From positions 992,001-1,056,000 of the forward strand of contig NW_021825323.1 in the NCBI RefSeq assembly GCF_006345805.1: a stretch of DNA of 64,000 nt, given 5' to 3'. Below the pieces are notes generated by a model, which was given only the letters and a program-made list of their open reading frames with translations, did no database searches and was not told where the DNA came from. This DNA is from Octopus sinensis (Eukaryota). Positions 38,630 through 51,569 of the stretch are shown here, one piece after another. The first letter of the stretch is position 1. Each line of letters starts with the position of its first letter. Made by a program: the position numbers and the translations under genes.

Positions 38630-39190
38630 CAAGTTGATTGGCGGCAGAGGCGTACTCTTTGTTGTCAACTTTTATTCCATGGCTGTGTTCAATGGGCATA
38701 GTTTCCTGCGTATTCATTAGCACAGCCTACTGGATGTATGTCTTCGTTCCTTCTTCAAGAAATAACTACTTATTTATGTAACTTTTAAAGAACTTCGAGA
38801 CAACTCCATCCCATGTCAATACTAACGGAATAATCTTTATTTTTGTTTCACAGAATACCGACAGTTCAATCGCAAGCTGCTCGTAGTTGTGAAATTTCTC
38901 CACTTCAACTGACATTAAGCGGTCTTGTGAGGCAATGACCACTTCAATTAAAGATGTTTCTTTTTTGTCTTGTAAACATAAATGTCGGATTTTTTGAATT
39001 GGATTCTTGTTTCAGTCATAATTATCATCAAGAATTCAGATTCACATCGCCGCAAATGGAACCATCGAGTATTTTTTGCAAGATTCGAAAGCCCAAAAAT
39101 TGATTTTTACAACATGCTTGCATTTCAATCAACTTTGTTTTAACTTCTCTGTCCTCCATATTCTCTATTTTGAGATAAATGGGTTTAAAA
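38630..39190 (-). mobile_element. more decayed fragment of the same R4-like family
   Basis: Reverse strand carries remnants of the PTFMFTRQ/ITLIEVVI/IPLVLTWDG region. Confidence 0.65.
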
Positions 39191-40082
39191 TCTAGGTATC
39201 CGAATTTTTGATATTTCCGATTGAAAAAAATCTATCAAATAAAAGATTTAAGGATTCAAGATAATTGTTGATTTTTTAATAATTTTATCAAAAGTCGAGT
39301 TGGATGTAATCACGAAAATTATTGCCTTGAATACGTCAAGTCCACAACAAGAGTTTATTCCCGAAGGCATTTAGATTGTCAGAAGCATTAATAATGCTCA
39401 TCCTTTTCAACTTTGATGGTTTCAAATTTTAGTTTGAAAAAATTGCATCACAAAACATACACGGGTTTATCGATCCTATCAATAATTATCTTTGTAAGAC
39501 TAAATTCAACGTAGTTATTAACCATAATTTATTTTTCTTGTAAACCTGAGTGAGAGATCGAGGACGACTATGTGAAGGTGCCATATTGGAATAGTAAACT
39601 TGGCCAGATTTTTTTGAATGTTTGAAATAAAAGCCTGATGTCTTGAATTTAGTTTTTTTCTGATTCTAAGTTACATCAGATTTGTAAAGACATGCAATGA
39701 TGAGTCACAACTCAGAAAATTTGTCTACGGCAGGAGTTCATTGAAGAGTGAGCTAGGAACTGACTTAGTTACGGGCCGTTGTCAAAACTTTTATTTTGTG
39801 AAAATGCATATAATAATTGTACTTTCACAAACCAAAGAACGTTATATTAACCTAAAAGCAGATTTTGTCAGCTACATAATGATTTTTTAAGAACAAATAA
39901 CTATTTATTCTAATTAATCCGAAATGATTGAGTTTTCTCTCGTCTTTGAGTTTTTTCTTTTCATTGCGTGTCTACCTAATATTATTTTTATTTAAATAAA
40001 GAATTTAATTATCTTGATTAATTCTTTTCCATAGTTAACCCTAATTATATAGATATTAATTATACATTAACCTATTTTTTCA

Positions 40083-41601
40083 ATGATATTTTCCATTCTT
40101 TTTGCATCGATATTTAGCATCAGAATTCACTTCAAATTTAGAAACCCGAATATCTCGTTTAGAAATGAGGACGAACCTTTGATTCTCACTGACTATTTAA
40201 ATAAAGGACAATATGAACTTGCACAAAATCTGAGTCGCCTCGAATCCCCCCCTTTGAACATTGAAAGCTACTCGGGCTATTTCCGAGTAAGCGACGATTG
40301 CGTCAGAAATATGTTCTTCTGGTATTTCCCTGCCCAAGTAAACCGAACTCTCATTTCTTAAGAATGGAAACCACTCTGCCCCAGTGTTGGCCTGGCTTCA
40401 GGGAGGACCCGGTAGCTCTTCTCTATACGGTCTGTTCGAGGAGCACGGCCCGTTCACCATCGACAAATATTTGGAGGTGATTCAACGCAATGTGACCTGG
40501 ACGAGCCACTATTCTGTAATTTACATCGACAACCCAGTGCCACCTATAAATGACTCGTAGGTCGGGACTGGATTTAGTTTCTCGAATGATGAATGTCTTT
40601 TAACCAGCGAAAGCCAAATCGGCCGAGATCTCTCAATGTAGGTCACCTTCCTATTTTAGATTTGCTCAACAATTTTTCACGTTATTTCCCGAGTTGAGAG
40701 AAAATCAGTTTTATGTAACGGGGGAGTCATATGCTGGGAAACATGTTCCCGCGATGGTAAGTGCCATTCACGAAATGAACTTGCATTCCTCAAGTCCTAT
40801 CAATCTGAAAGGAATGATCATCGGGAACGGTCTGTGTGACCCTTACAACGTAATGAGTTATGGTCTCCCATTATCAGATGGTGAACTATGGAACGTATTT
40901 GTACAACCTTGGTCTCATATTTGATTATCAAATCAGTCAGTTTGACGAATACAGAATAATGATCCGAGAGAGCATCGATCGGAACGACTACAGACAAGCC
41001 TTTGAGGTTTGTCGTGAGTAGGAAGTTAAAGTACTTTGACCGGGTTATAAACGGGGATTTGACTCCCTACCCCACTCTTTTCTTCAATTTGACTGGACTG
41101 AAAAATTATTTCAATTACATGGCCAATGAAGTATTATGATTTACGATTAGACGTTAGGTAAAGCCGACTAATTACGAAGAGTGGCTTTCAAAAAATAAAC
41201 GGATGGTGAATGTGGGGAAGCAAACGTTTAATAACGGTAAACGTGTGGAAATGGCATTGGTGGAAGATTTCATGCAGTCTGTAACTCCACTGGTCCAGAC
41301 AATCATTAATAATGGCTATAAATGTCTCTTTTTTAACGGCCAACTCGACTTGATCGTTCCGTTTTCGATGACGTCCGAGTTTTTATCAAAGATGGACTGG
41401 TTAACGAAGGATTCATTCATGCATTCTGCCCAACGGATTTGGTACTCGCAAGGAGAGTCGAGGGTGGTGAATGGATATGTGCGCAGTTATCAAAATGTGT
41501 ACCAGGTTGTCGTCAGGAATGCTGGACATATGGTTCCCGCAGATCAACCCCAGGCGGCTTTGGAAATGATTGATAATTTCATTTACGGCTTGGAATTTTA
41601 A
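40083..41601 (+). CDS. serine carboxypeptidase S10 (CPVL-like)
   Basis: Signal peptide, SYSGYF, MFFWYFPAQ, WLQGGPGSSSL, YIDNPVGTGFSF, GESYAG and RNAGHMVP. Introns of 22-28 nt. Confidence 0.93.
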
Positions 41602-41739
41602 TTGTTTTACTAACGACTTGTGGATTTGTTATCTAACATTTAAATCTCAGATTGAATTAAAAATTAAGTTATTATTAGCTTCTGTTTTTGTAGTTTGATG
41701 TATTTTGTACATCAACCACATTCTTTTAAAGCTTACGTT

Positions 41740-42035
41740 TACTTCACGGATGAGCAGATTCATGTCAACGCGCAGTCTAGATTTAGGAGTTAAATCCTCA
41801 ACATGCATCAATAACCTGTAGCATGCACATAATTGATTACAGATCTTTGGGTAAACTACATACATCCATTTTTGGTAGAAGGTACAAATTTCCGATTTAA
41901 AACCAATCTTCAGGAGTATATTCATCTTTTATTATTTTTCGTATTTCGTTGCATAGTGGTACATAGATAACGGTGAAGCTTTTTATAAAAAACGTATTAA
42001 ACTTCATCACATCCAATTCTTTCCAATTTGCGAGT
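41740..42035 (-). mobile_element. short relic of the R4-like family 3' region
   Basis: TGTCAACGCGCAGTCTAGATT closely matches TGTCCACGCGCAGTCTGGATT at about 61913, and a LANEL-like remnant is present. Confidence 0.55.
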
Positions 42036-43387
42036 ACTTTTATAATATCAATAATTCATTCGTTTGGGAACTCGGCATAAGTATTTTCAGACCCAGTGAC
42101 TCTTTTCGAAAAATGCTTTTGATTAAAAATATTATTGCTTAGTTTATTTTTTTTTTTATATTTTCATTATTTTATTGTACCAAATGAAAACAAATTAAGT
42201 TAGGAATGGGCAGAGGGGAAACTCCGTGGGGGTAGATTATTCTAGAATTTGTTTTATAAATAGATTTGTACGAAAACTAAAATCGAAATATCAATTTGAC
42301 TCGAAAATGAACATGCAACCCTATTTGAGTGACCCTAACATAATTAACTTGTTAGTGTATTTTATTCCGAATTATATTAATTATACTCAGTTATCGTCCA
42401 ACAAGGCTATTCTAACACCAACAGACACTACATCTGTTATGCAATGTCCTAAAGTGGTAAATAACTCATGATTACTGACCACCAAATTTTATTACAATAT
42501 TTTTTTATTTCAGATGCAAGCCACAATACTGAATGTAGTGTTTCAGTCTTTTCCATATTTTTTATTTTACAAAAGAATAGAAAAGACAAAATCTAATGAT
42601 AAAGGAATTGAAGTAGTAAACAAAAATTAACGCTTTTATTTTAGTTAATATATAAACAAGGATAACGCCGATATTCCCAATTCTCGAACAGCCTGAATTT
42701 TTGATTAATCCATTATCAGATAAAAGAAAAATTAAATTAAAACGCGCTGGAGAATAAAATTTTGTTTCCTAGACTCATTCAGTCATGGGCAGGCAACTCA
42801 TCGTGAATTCAGGATGTAGAAATTTAGGGAATATTAAATGTCTAGCCCAGAGATGCCAAGTTTTAAAAATATTTATTTATAAAAATTACACTTCTGAAGT
42901 TCTTTTGCTGATCTCTTCAGTAAATATCTGAAATTATTAATTTTTCTTTATAATTTTAAAGCACGTTTACATTTCTGTGCACTTTGAAAAATTGGCGACC
43001 CAAACTGCGTTGGAGTTTTGCCCGGCTATCCATAACTATATGTCCACTAGTCCAATCAAATAGCTTTAAATTTACCAAATTCTCCTCTTTACGGAAATTA
43101 TGGGTAAACCTCGTAAAGTGGTCACACCATGCTAAATTACCTTATTACGTCAAACATGGCTTATTATACCGAACTACCCAAACTGTTCCTCATGCAGATA
43201 TTATCTCCGCATCTCTATTTTTGTACAAACCAATTGTCTTCTTTTTTAACATCAGCCATTGGGATTTCAGGGAGCGACGAATAGATGTCTGATAAGTTAT
43301 TCGTTTGCTGCATAATAGCAAAGTTGGTCTAAATAAATAGCTGATTAGATAGTTTTTTGTTTCAGAATCATTAATCATAAACAAGTT

Positions 43388-43679
43388 TGTGACAGGTAAG
43401 AGGCGGAACCACGCCGGAGGCGGAACCTGGAGGCGGATTTTTTAATAAACAATAATTTTTTGATTTAATTTTCATTTGAGAATCATTTAGGGTTAGGGTT
43501 AAGGTTATGGTTACGGTTAGTTTTTCACTTTGGGAAAAAGTGAAATAAAGTTGAGCAAAAAATGTATATTTGAGTGTTTTAATAAATATTTTAGTGTACA
43601 ATTTTAATTTTAAATAAAATTTGAAAAATTCCGCCTCCAGGTTCCGCCTCCGGCGTGGTTCCGTCTCTTACCTGTGACA
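43388..43679. mobile_element. 292-bp MITE with about 50-bp TIRs, TGT...ACA ends, a 5-bp TSD and an internal telomere-like tract
   Basis: TGTGACAGGTAAGAGGCGGAACCACGCCGGAGGCGGAACCTGGAGGCGGA and its near-perfect inverse. AAGTT at 43383-43387 and 43680-43684. TTAGGG TTAGGG TTAAGG TTATGG TTACGG TTAG at 43487-43520. Confidence 0.92.
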
Positions 43680-44379
43680 AAGTTCTCTAACGAAATGGCG
43701 CAAAATCGCAATAACACATTACTTTGATATTTTTTGTTTTGGATGTTTAATAGCCAATGATTTGATATTTAAATATTTCGACTTTAATAAACTTATTAAA
43801 AACTTATTAATATTAGACTTATTAATATTTCGACTTTAATAAATTAGAAATTTTATAATGCAAAAGTGATCATCAGTTTAAAAAAGGTTGAGAACCGCTG
43901 AACTAGATTATAAAATCATTCAGGATTTTGTAGTTTTGACCCCGACAAAATAAGCTGGAACCTCTAATTTTTATGTTAAAACCAATAGAATTACAATTTT
44001 AATAATATTTCCTGAGCATTCTTTAGACCAGTATTTTGTGCATTGTTTTACAGAATTCTTATAAAAATTCGATAAACCACCTGATTAGAGATAGAAAACA
44101 TAACTTTTGACCATAGCAATCTTTTTGCCAAATTAATAACAATGTTTCAAGCAATGCGTCTTCTGAAAAACAGCTATACTTGTTGCGAAAGACAAATCAA
44201 TTCTTAATAATACAAACTGATATTGATTTTATATTTTAAGGCAGAACAACACTCCAATAATGGATATCGATCTGTATATCTTACTTATTGCAAAAATTCC
44301 AATTTAATCACACGTTAAACATAAAACTTAAAAATTAATTTTAATCGGCATATCAACTTTCAAAACCGAAAAAAATCAA

Positions 44380-45406
44380 AATATTTTTTTGTAAAGAATA
44401 TTCAATTTCGCTTCTCGGAAAGTTTTATTCTAAAAATCAGATTCAACTTGGCAACGTTTCAAAATAGGAATTGACTATTTGACGTCCAAATCGAGAATGA
44501 CAAGGACCTAGTTGCTTAAATTTATTTTTCAATCTGACAACAACAACCTATTTTACTGATAAATACAAAATGATAAACCCTTGATACACCTCCAGACAAA
44601 AAACAACGATAAATACGATCAAAGACCTCCTTCATTATATATTCGATCAAAATTTTACTAAACATGAATAAAACAAAAAAACTCGCCAGAAAGACAAACA
44701 AAATGTACAAACGGCCGAGTAAACATATACAAAGTTCTTTTGGCCTAAAAATATTAAAATATATTTAAACCACATTCAATTGGAGAGATGGTAGCCTAGA
44801 CATAAATTCCTCAATAAAAACAAGAATAAAATGCAGACGTGCACCTCTGGGGACTTCCAAATTTTTAACGGATAGAAAATTATTTCCAATCATTGAAATA
44901 TATTTACCACAAAGATCCTTATTCCAGCCGTTCCTTGACAAATAATCGAAACCAGCAGCGACCATAAAACGAACAAGCTGAAAAATATTCGATAGATAAA
45001 TACCATCATAAACTTGTCAATTCGCCATTGGTCAATTTTATACCAATGTGTTGATATTATGTACAAAAAGGCGTCAAAAAACTCCAAAAATCTGTTAAAG
45101 TTTGAAATTAAATGAATCAAATTGGCAATTTCCTCAGCAAACTCTTTCTAATAATAATTAGAAAAGAATTGTACTTGAATATGTGGTTTGTCGCTCATCC
45201 ACATTGAATAAAAGAGTCCCTTCCATATTTTTCTCCAATATAGTTCGTCCTCGACTAAATTAGAGTTAAATCATTCATTTATTACTTAATGTTTGAGATG
45301 ACCCTTTGATTTTTATATGAGTAGATATATTTTCAAAAGCTTGATCACGTTCAGCTTTAACTACTGATACAAGTTTCTTAATTATATCCAATTCTTCCAT
45401 AGTCAT
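44380..45406 (-). CDS. RRP1: ribosomal RNA processing protein 1 (RRP1/Nop52 family)
   Basis: Exons include KGLFYSMWMSDKP and HWYKIDQWRIDKFMM, typical of the Nop52 domain. The 3' end is approximate. Confidence 0.78.
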
Positions 45407-45623
45407 ACAAGAACTAGTTGATTGCACGTGAATATTAATTTTTAATTATTACAAAATTAAATATTTTAAACATTTATTAATTATAATTAGTATCATAAAT
45501 ATGTGAAAAAATTATATATACCAAATTCAAAAACGAAATATTTACTTAATTTGTTATTTTAGTATCCTATATTTAATTCTACAAATATACTAAAAATAAA
45601 ACATTTTTGAAAAATATAAACAT

Positions 45624-47396
45624 TTATTTTCTAGACAATTTTTGACAAATAGTAGCAATTTCCTCCCTCTTATCGTCCATGGAAGGCGAATCCTCTTTTA
45701 ATAAAGTAAAAAGATCCACTGACGAAGCATTTTTTTCAATCAAGGTACTCTAAAAATATAAAACCTAAAACAACAAAAATAATTCTTTCAACATAATCAA
45801 GCAAATGGAGGCCACAGTCACTGCTGTTTAACTGCTGTGGCACTTTCGGGTGAAAACCCTTCAAGTTGTTCCTATCGATGACAAATCGAGGCTCATCCTT
45901 TTTCTTCAAATACAACTCAATCTCGAGATATCTACAGCTACATAACAAATATAACTCTCTCAGAATCCTGACAATACGCGAGTACTTCTCCACCACCAGA
46001 GAATCAACCACAACTATACACGGACTACAGAATTGGTATAATAAACTACTATTTCAGAGAGTCGTTCTCAGTTGGGGGATTCAGGACCCACGCGGGTTGC
46101 CAAATCACAGCCAACAACCAATGGTAACTCACATTTACAAATATGTACTACTTTATGTTTATTGGCACAAAAATGACGGACTTTTCAAAAATATCGACAT
46201 CTTTAGTCCAAGACTTTACTCGGGAATGTCGACTCTCCATTTCTTGCCATCCAGAAAACTTAAGTCCTAAAACACCCAACAGTGACCCACCCTGAGTCAA
46301 AGACTCAAAAAAGAACGTGTTGAATATGTGAATCCGCCTTCTTATAGCAGGAGAAACCTTCTCATTCAGCAAATATCTAAATCAATAATTATAATTACTT
46401 GAGATAGAAATTGATGATCACGTCGTTCAAAAACTCGTCTTTGTTGAGACAATCAATATCCCCCCCGGTGACTGTGATAGAACCGGGGAGACCACAGTTG
46501 GGGTAGACAAACCGAACGGAATCAACCGAATTCACGGAAATCACTGCGGGAGGCGGATTAGAAGGCGTTTGAGAGACGCAAGTGACCTAAAATAACGAAT
46601 TTTGAACCAACCAAAGCAAGCACGTCATTATTTATAAATTCTATAAAGGAAGGGCGAGTGAGGAGAATCCCTGCTTGTATTAAAGGCAGTTCCGAGACTG
46701 GAATTTTGTCATTTCCGAATTGTATCGAATGCAATTGACTGTGTTGGAAAGACGAAAGTCGACTATTCCACAAAAAAACAACAAAATAACATTCTCCGCT
46801 ATCTGAAATGATGTTTATAATTTTTATAACGTTTTAAGCTGATGTTTTTCCCTTGAATATGAGCATTGGATGTGATTGCGTCTTCAACCTGGCTGATAAA
46901 CGACGAGGTGACTTTGATAAAAAAAGAGGACCCTTCATTACAACATGAACACTCAAAAATGTCATTTAAAGACAAAAAAATCTTCAATTCCCCAGATAAA
47001 CCTAAAAATGAGATTTAGTTATACAGTCAATGCAAAAATGAAATCTCTGATCACTCAATGTTAGTAAACCGCCACTACAATCACGGAAATTGCCGATTCT
47101 GACCTCGTTGTATTTAATACTTAAATTTTCTTTCTGAATTTCCTTTGTATATATTAGATATAAGTAAACTAACTACAATATCTTCATCTGAAGAGATTAT
47201 GACAACCTCGGGAGAATTTTCGGGAGATTTTGAGTGGAATTTGCCAATAGTATTTGGTTCCTATACGAGTGAGAGATAATTCACTAACTTTACTAAGTGA
47301 TGTCAGTTGAGGGGAACGGTCGGCATTAGAACGTCTAGTAGATATTCCTGTCCAACATTTGATCAAAGAATTAAAATTTTTTTTAATTTTCTCCAT
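45624..47396 (-). CDS. SUMO-specific protease, SENP6/7 (Ulp2)-like
   Basis: [29 protein letters not shown], and [18 protein letters not shown] (C48 catalytic motif). Micro-introns. Confidence 0.88.
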
Positions 47397-47716
47397 TCAT
47401 TACTTTATTAATATTAGGTAAAAACAATACATCAAAAAAAGACAACGTCAATTATTTTTTGATTTTATTTTATATATATTTAATACATATAAAATTATAT
47501 TTGAAACTAAATAATAAATCTTATAAACAAACTTTAATTAAAACATAAAATTCTGTTCTATATACGAATATTAATTTTTTCAATTTACCAATCGATCAAA
47601 TTTTATTTAATTAATCTACACGAGTTTAACAAACATTTTTTTAATATTAAAAAAAGAATTTTCAAAAAATAATATTTTTAATAAATAATTTCACGTGCAA
47701 TCACAATCTAGTGGTT

Positions 47717-50145
47717 ATGGAATCATTTCACCACCGTCCGGGTCCTTTAAAACAACAGAACAAATCTCATACACACGGAAGACACAAAAGCAAGGGAAAA
47801 GTTAAAAATCTATTAAGAAGTTTTTTAATATTTTTTATTTCGAATAGCTAAAAAACGAGCAAAAAACGTGTTGACTAAACTTTCCACTCACAAAAAAACA
47901 TCAAAGTCAGAACGAGTCAACCATGTACATTTTTTTATTATAAATTCAGTCAAATCAAAAGCGCAAAATAAAAATTATTTCAAAAATTGACGAAAAACGT
48001 AAAATCGGCTCTTCCAAAGCACCTCCATTAAGCATCGTATCTTTCGGTCTTCACCCCTCTTAGGTCATTTTATGTTTGGACGACGAAGCGGACCCCCAGC
48101 GTCTTCTAGCAGACATTTCTAGGAGTTCTATGGGAAGTAACCATAAAAGTTCTCAAGCTGGTTTTCATCATTTGTGGTTCATTTTTTAAAATCAGATTTT
48201 AGGGTTCAGCAGCAAAAATGTCATTTTTCGTTTTTTATTGTAAACCGAGCAGATTATTTTGCTTGTATCGACATTCTTTTAGTAGCTGACGTTATTCTGG
48301 GACTTCAGACCTTTGACAGGTCTCCGGATCCTTGTTCGCTTGATATTTTATCAACGATCAGAATTCAAAACTATTCTGCCTTTATTCCTCTTATTCAAGT
48401 CTTTTTATTTTGATTTTTTTAGTTTGACCAAGAAAAGATTCCGTCTCATGCCGACATAGCCTTTGCTAAGAAGGTTTATCAACGTCAAATTGGAGCTTGT
48501 CTGACAAATTATGACAAACCAAGGGTTTTACGGTGCCCGTCAGATGTCGAGAATTTAATACGAAGTATGGCTTGTGTGAATAGAAAAACTATTCCAATGT
48601 TGTCAAATAGGCCTTATTTTCAAGTCGAGGAGTTTGAATTTGTGGCGGTTTGTTGTGAATATTTGACTTTTAGGGGAGGAAACAGTTGCTCGTTTCTGGT
48701 TTTGTTAGAGGAAATTCCCTGGCGGTTAATTCTTGGTTGCATATTCCTCGGTTGGGGGAGTACAAAATATTGAATATCAAATGCGTCAACTCTCCCTATA
48801 ATGATTCAGTCCGCTTAAATGTTTTGTTGATGAATATTAGTAATTATTTAGAATAATGATGTGGACATGAATGATGTTAGATTATTGGAGAGATCTGAGT
48901 CAGACAACGAGGATGAATTTTTAGAAAATATTCCGTTAGATGTGGAAATGACTTCGGAGGTTGTCCAATTTTTATATTTAATAGTGCAACATGTCAATCC
49001 CTGCCGAAGTGGAGTCTTCTCCGTTGGTATCTGATGTTGAGGTACTTCTGTTTGTTTATATATTGTAGGACTCTATTGTGTCTGAAAGCGTCAATTTTGA
49101 GACCGCAGAGTCCGAAGTATCCTTGGATGCGGAGGAAGATCTCGAGTATCCGGATCAGGTGGATACTGGGCCTTCATCTCGTGTTCGATTCAGAAAGTTT
49201 TGTCTTTTTTTGATTATTAGGTATCGTGGGTTGGAACGATTCCGAACTAGTACTTGGGACGAGTCGTTTGATGAATTTCCAGCAGAATTCTCTAGTCTGG
49301 TTCATCTAAAGAATCCACGTGCTACAAAGAAATATATTTTGAATAAGTTATCTGAGAATCCGAATTCCGTCCCCGTCGGTTCATATATATCTGTTCTCTT
49401 GGATGAAGTTGACGTTGTCACTGGTCAGTACATTTTTGAATATGTTTAGTGGAGGCTGGTTCTGCTTTGGTGGCCTATGGACTTTATCCGTATGAGAGGA
49501 GAATGACGATGATCAATGTCAAGTTGTCGTCTACTGATGCCATGGAGTCACCTATCAAGTCAAAATCCAAAATTTTTTTCCAATTTGGATTTCGTCGTTT
49601 TTGTGTTTCTCCGATTTTTTCAGAACTCACTCTTAGCTCAAATAAATTTAAAGTATTTAAGAGTTTAGCGAATTTAGTTCATGCGGTGGTTTCAGCCTTC
49701 GGAAATGGTCGTAGCCTCGTTTTATGCTCCAATTTTGTTTGAAAGTGGACACGTGATGATGTTTGCCGACAACGGAAAGGGGGGATTGTCTATGGTTGCA
49801 CAAGGAAATCAAATTTCTGCGGACTGTGGGAGGCTCATTGTGAAAAGAGTTGTCTTGAGTGGTTCGACTGTTGCTGTGCACGGGCGTAAGGCAGTTGTTC
49901 GAGGAATGTTTACTAATCCAGAGGATGTTAATTATTTCAAATCAGTGGAAGTCTATTCTGGGTCGAATAAACGTGGAAAAATTACTGATTCTTTGGGTAC
50001 TCATGGAAGAATGAAATGTACATTCAGTTCTGTTTTTCGTTCTCAGGATCCGATTTTTATGAATCTGTACAAAAGAGTTTTTCCCCCGTTTGGTTATTGG
50101 CCTATTTTTAACGAATATGATTATATTCGAGCTATTAATTCGTAA
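47717..50145 (+). CDS. TSR1: pre-rRNA-processing protein TSR1
   Basis: N-terminal HRPGPLKQQNKSH and C-terminal KRVVLSG...VVRGMF...LGTHGRMKCTF...FMNLYKRVFP. Confidence 0.92.
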
Positions 50146-50386
50146 ATTTTAATTTGATATTATAGTTCTTTTATTTTTTTGTATTTTTTATAAAACTAAC
50201 TTTTTGGACAGTATTTTTACAAAGTTCCCAGAAATTGGGAATAATCTAAAACTTTTTGATATTCAAGACTTTTAAGGATTTCTTGGTTTTGTAGCGGTTA
50301 AAACTTAATAGTTCGCCCAATCTTTTTAAATACATATATTTCTTATGTATTTTTTCTATAGTCTTATACTAAATAATTATTAAATA

Positions 50387-50900
50387 CAGGTTTGTCAAAC
50401 TCATTTCGCTTCGGGTCCCGCATTTTTAAATAATTTCTTTTCTAGGGGCGCATTTGTAATAATTTTTCATCAAGGATAGATTATTTATTTTAGTGAAAAA
50501 CAGGAATAAGGAAATCTAAATATGTAATCACCATCTTTTAATCGTGCTCAGATTTACTTCTGGATGATTGACATCTTTTTTACAATAAAATTTTTGATAT
50601 GTCGGGATCAAATATTTGTGTAGTCCCGACTTTAATTAAAGCCGACAAATTTCATTTGTAAATCGTGTGTTATGAACACTTTTTGTTAATTTCATGAAAA
50701 TATGCCAGGATTTAACTTTTCTATTTCAACTCGCAATATAGCAGCAACTTGAGAATGTTGTACAGCCATATTAGGAGCATGTGAACAAACATACAAGCTT
50801 TCTTTAATCAAATCCATGGAAAAAGAGAATTTTTGTGGTTTGATTTTTAGTGGTATTGTGCATTGGTACCAGTTCGAGAAATTTTTCATAAATAATCTCA
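50387..50900 (-). mobile_element. hAT (Charlie/SPIN-like) transposon 3' relic
   Basis: Terminus CAGGTTTGTCAAACTCATT at 50387. The reverse strand has an MKLTKSVHNTRFTNE...LIKVGTTQIFDPDI dimerization-domain remnant. Confidence 0.55.
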
Positions 50901-51011
50901 GTCACAAGCCCGAAAATATTGCCAATTGTGCAATTCAAATAACGTCGACTGTTTCGTCGATCGTAATTGAAAATTTTTTTTTTATCCTAGTAGTGCTGGA
51001 TTAATGTAAAG

Positions 51012-51385
51012 GCAATAACAAAACAATTGTCAGTTAACTAAATTAACCCAGCCGAACGGATTGCTTGCGCGTTCCCGCGCACGATTGCGAGCGAGATCCT
51101 CTGCCACAACCAAGAGGACTCGCGAGCATCCATCTTCTTCCGAGCGAAGGATACCGAGGTCTTTTAAGAAGCATGTGGTCTGCGGACCGGAAGCGCCTGA
51201 TGTCTCAAAAGCCACAGGCACGAAGGAATGCTGAGTGGCAACATTCTTGTACTTTTCTACTTTGCGGGCTTCCGCCAGGGCCGCGACCGAGCCGGAAGAA
51301 GAAGCAGATGACAGTAGAGCGGATGGGGACCACGTGTCTGCGCACGTGGCGTCCCAGATCAGGAAAATTGCATTCCGGAAAGAAT
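51012..51385 (-). mobile_element. second copy of the GC-rich CRE-like 3' fragment
   Basis: Nearly identical to 34690-35050 over about 360 bp, including the 3' UTR CAAAACAATTGTCAGTTAACTAAATTAA. Confidence 0.9.
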
Positions 51386-51569
51386 GGACACAAAATAATA
51401 ACGAATAAGTTCAGAATATCCAAGAAGAACATTTACTAACAGCTAAAGTCATCAAAGACAGTTGAAATTATCAAACTGATAAAGGAAAGAAACTTCCTCA
51501 AACGCAAAAAATTTCTAACCAAAAAAACAACTAAGAGAATTAGGATACTGAATATGGTAAACCGAAGCA

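Noticed and set aside
39250-39650. Possible LTR-retrotransposon RT/RNase H relic
   Set aside because: Only faint motif resemblance and no continuous frame.
43388-43679. Reading the MITE as GGTAAG TIRs with a 7-bp TGTGACA TSD
   Set aside because: TGTGACA is nearly palindromic, and a perfect AAGTT duplication lies immediately outside it, matching the 5-bp TSD pattern of the other two elements.
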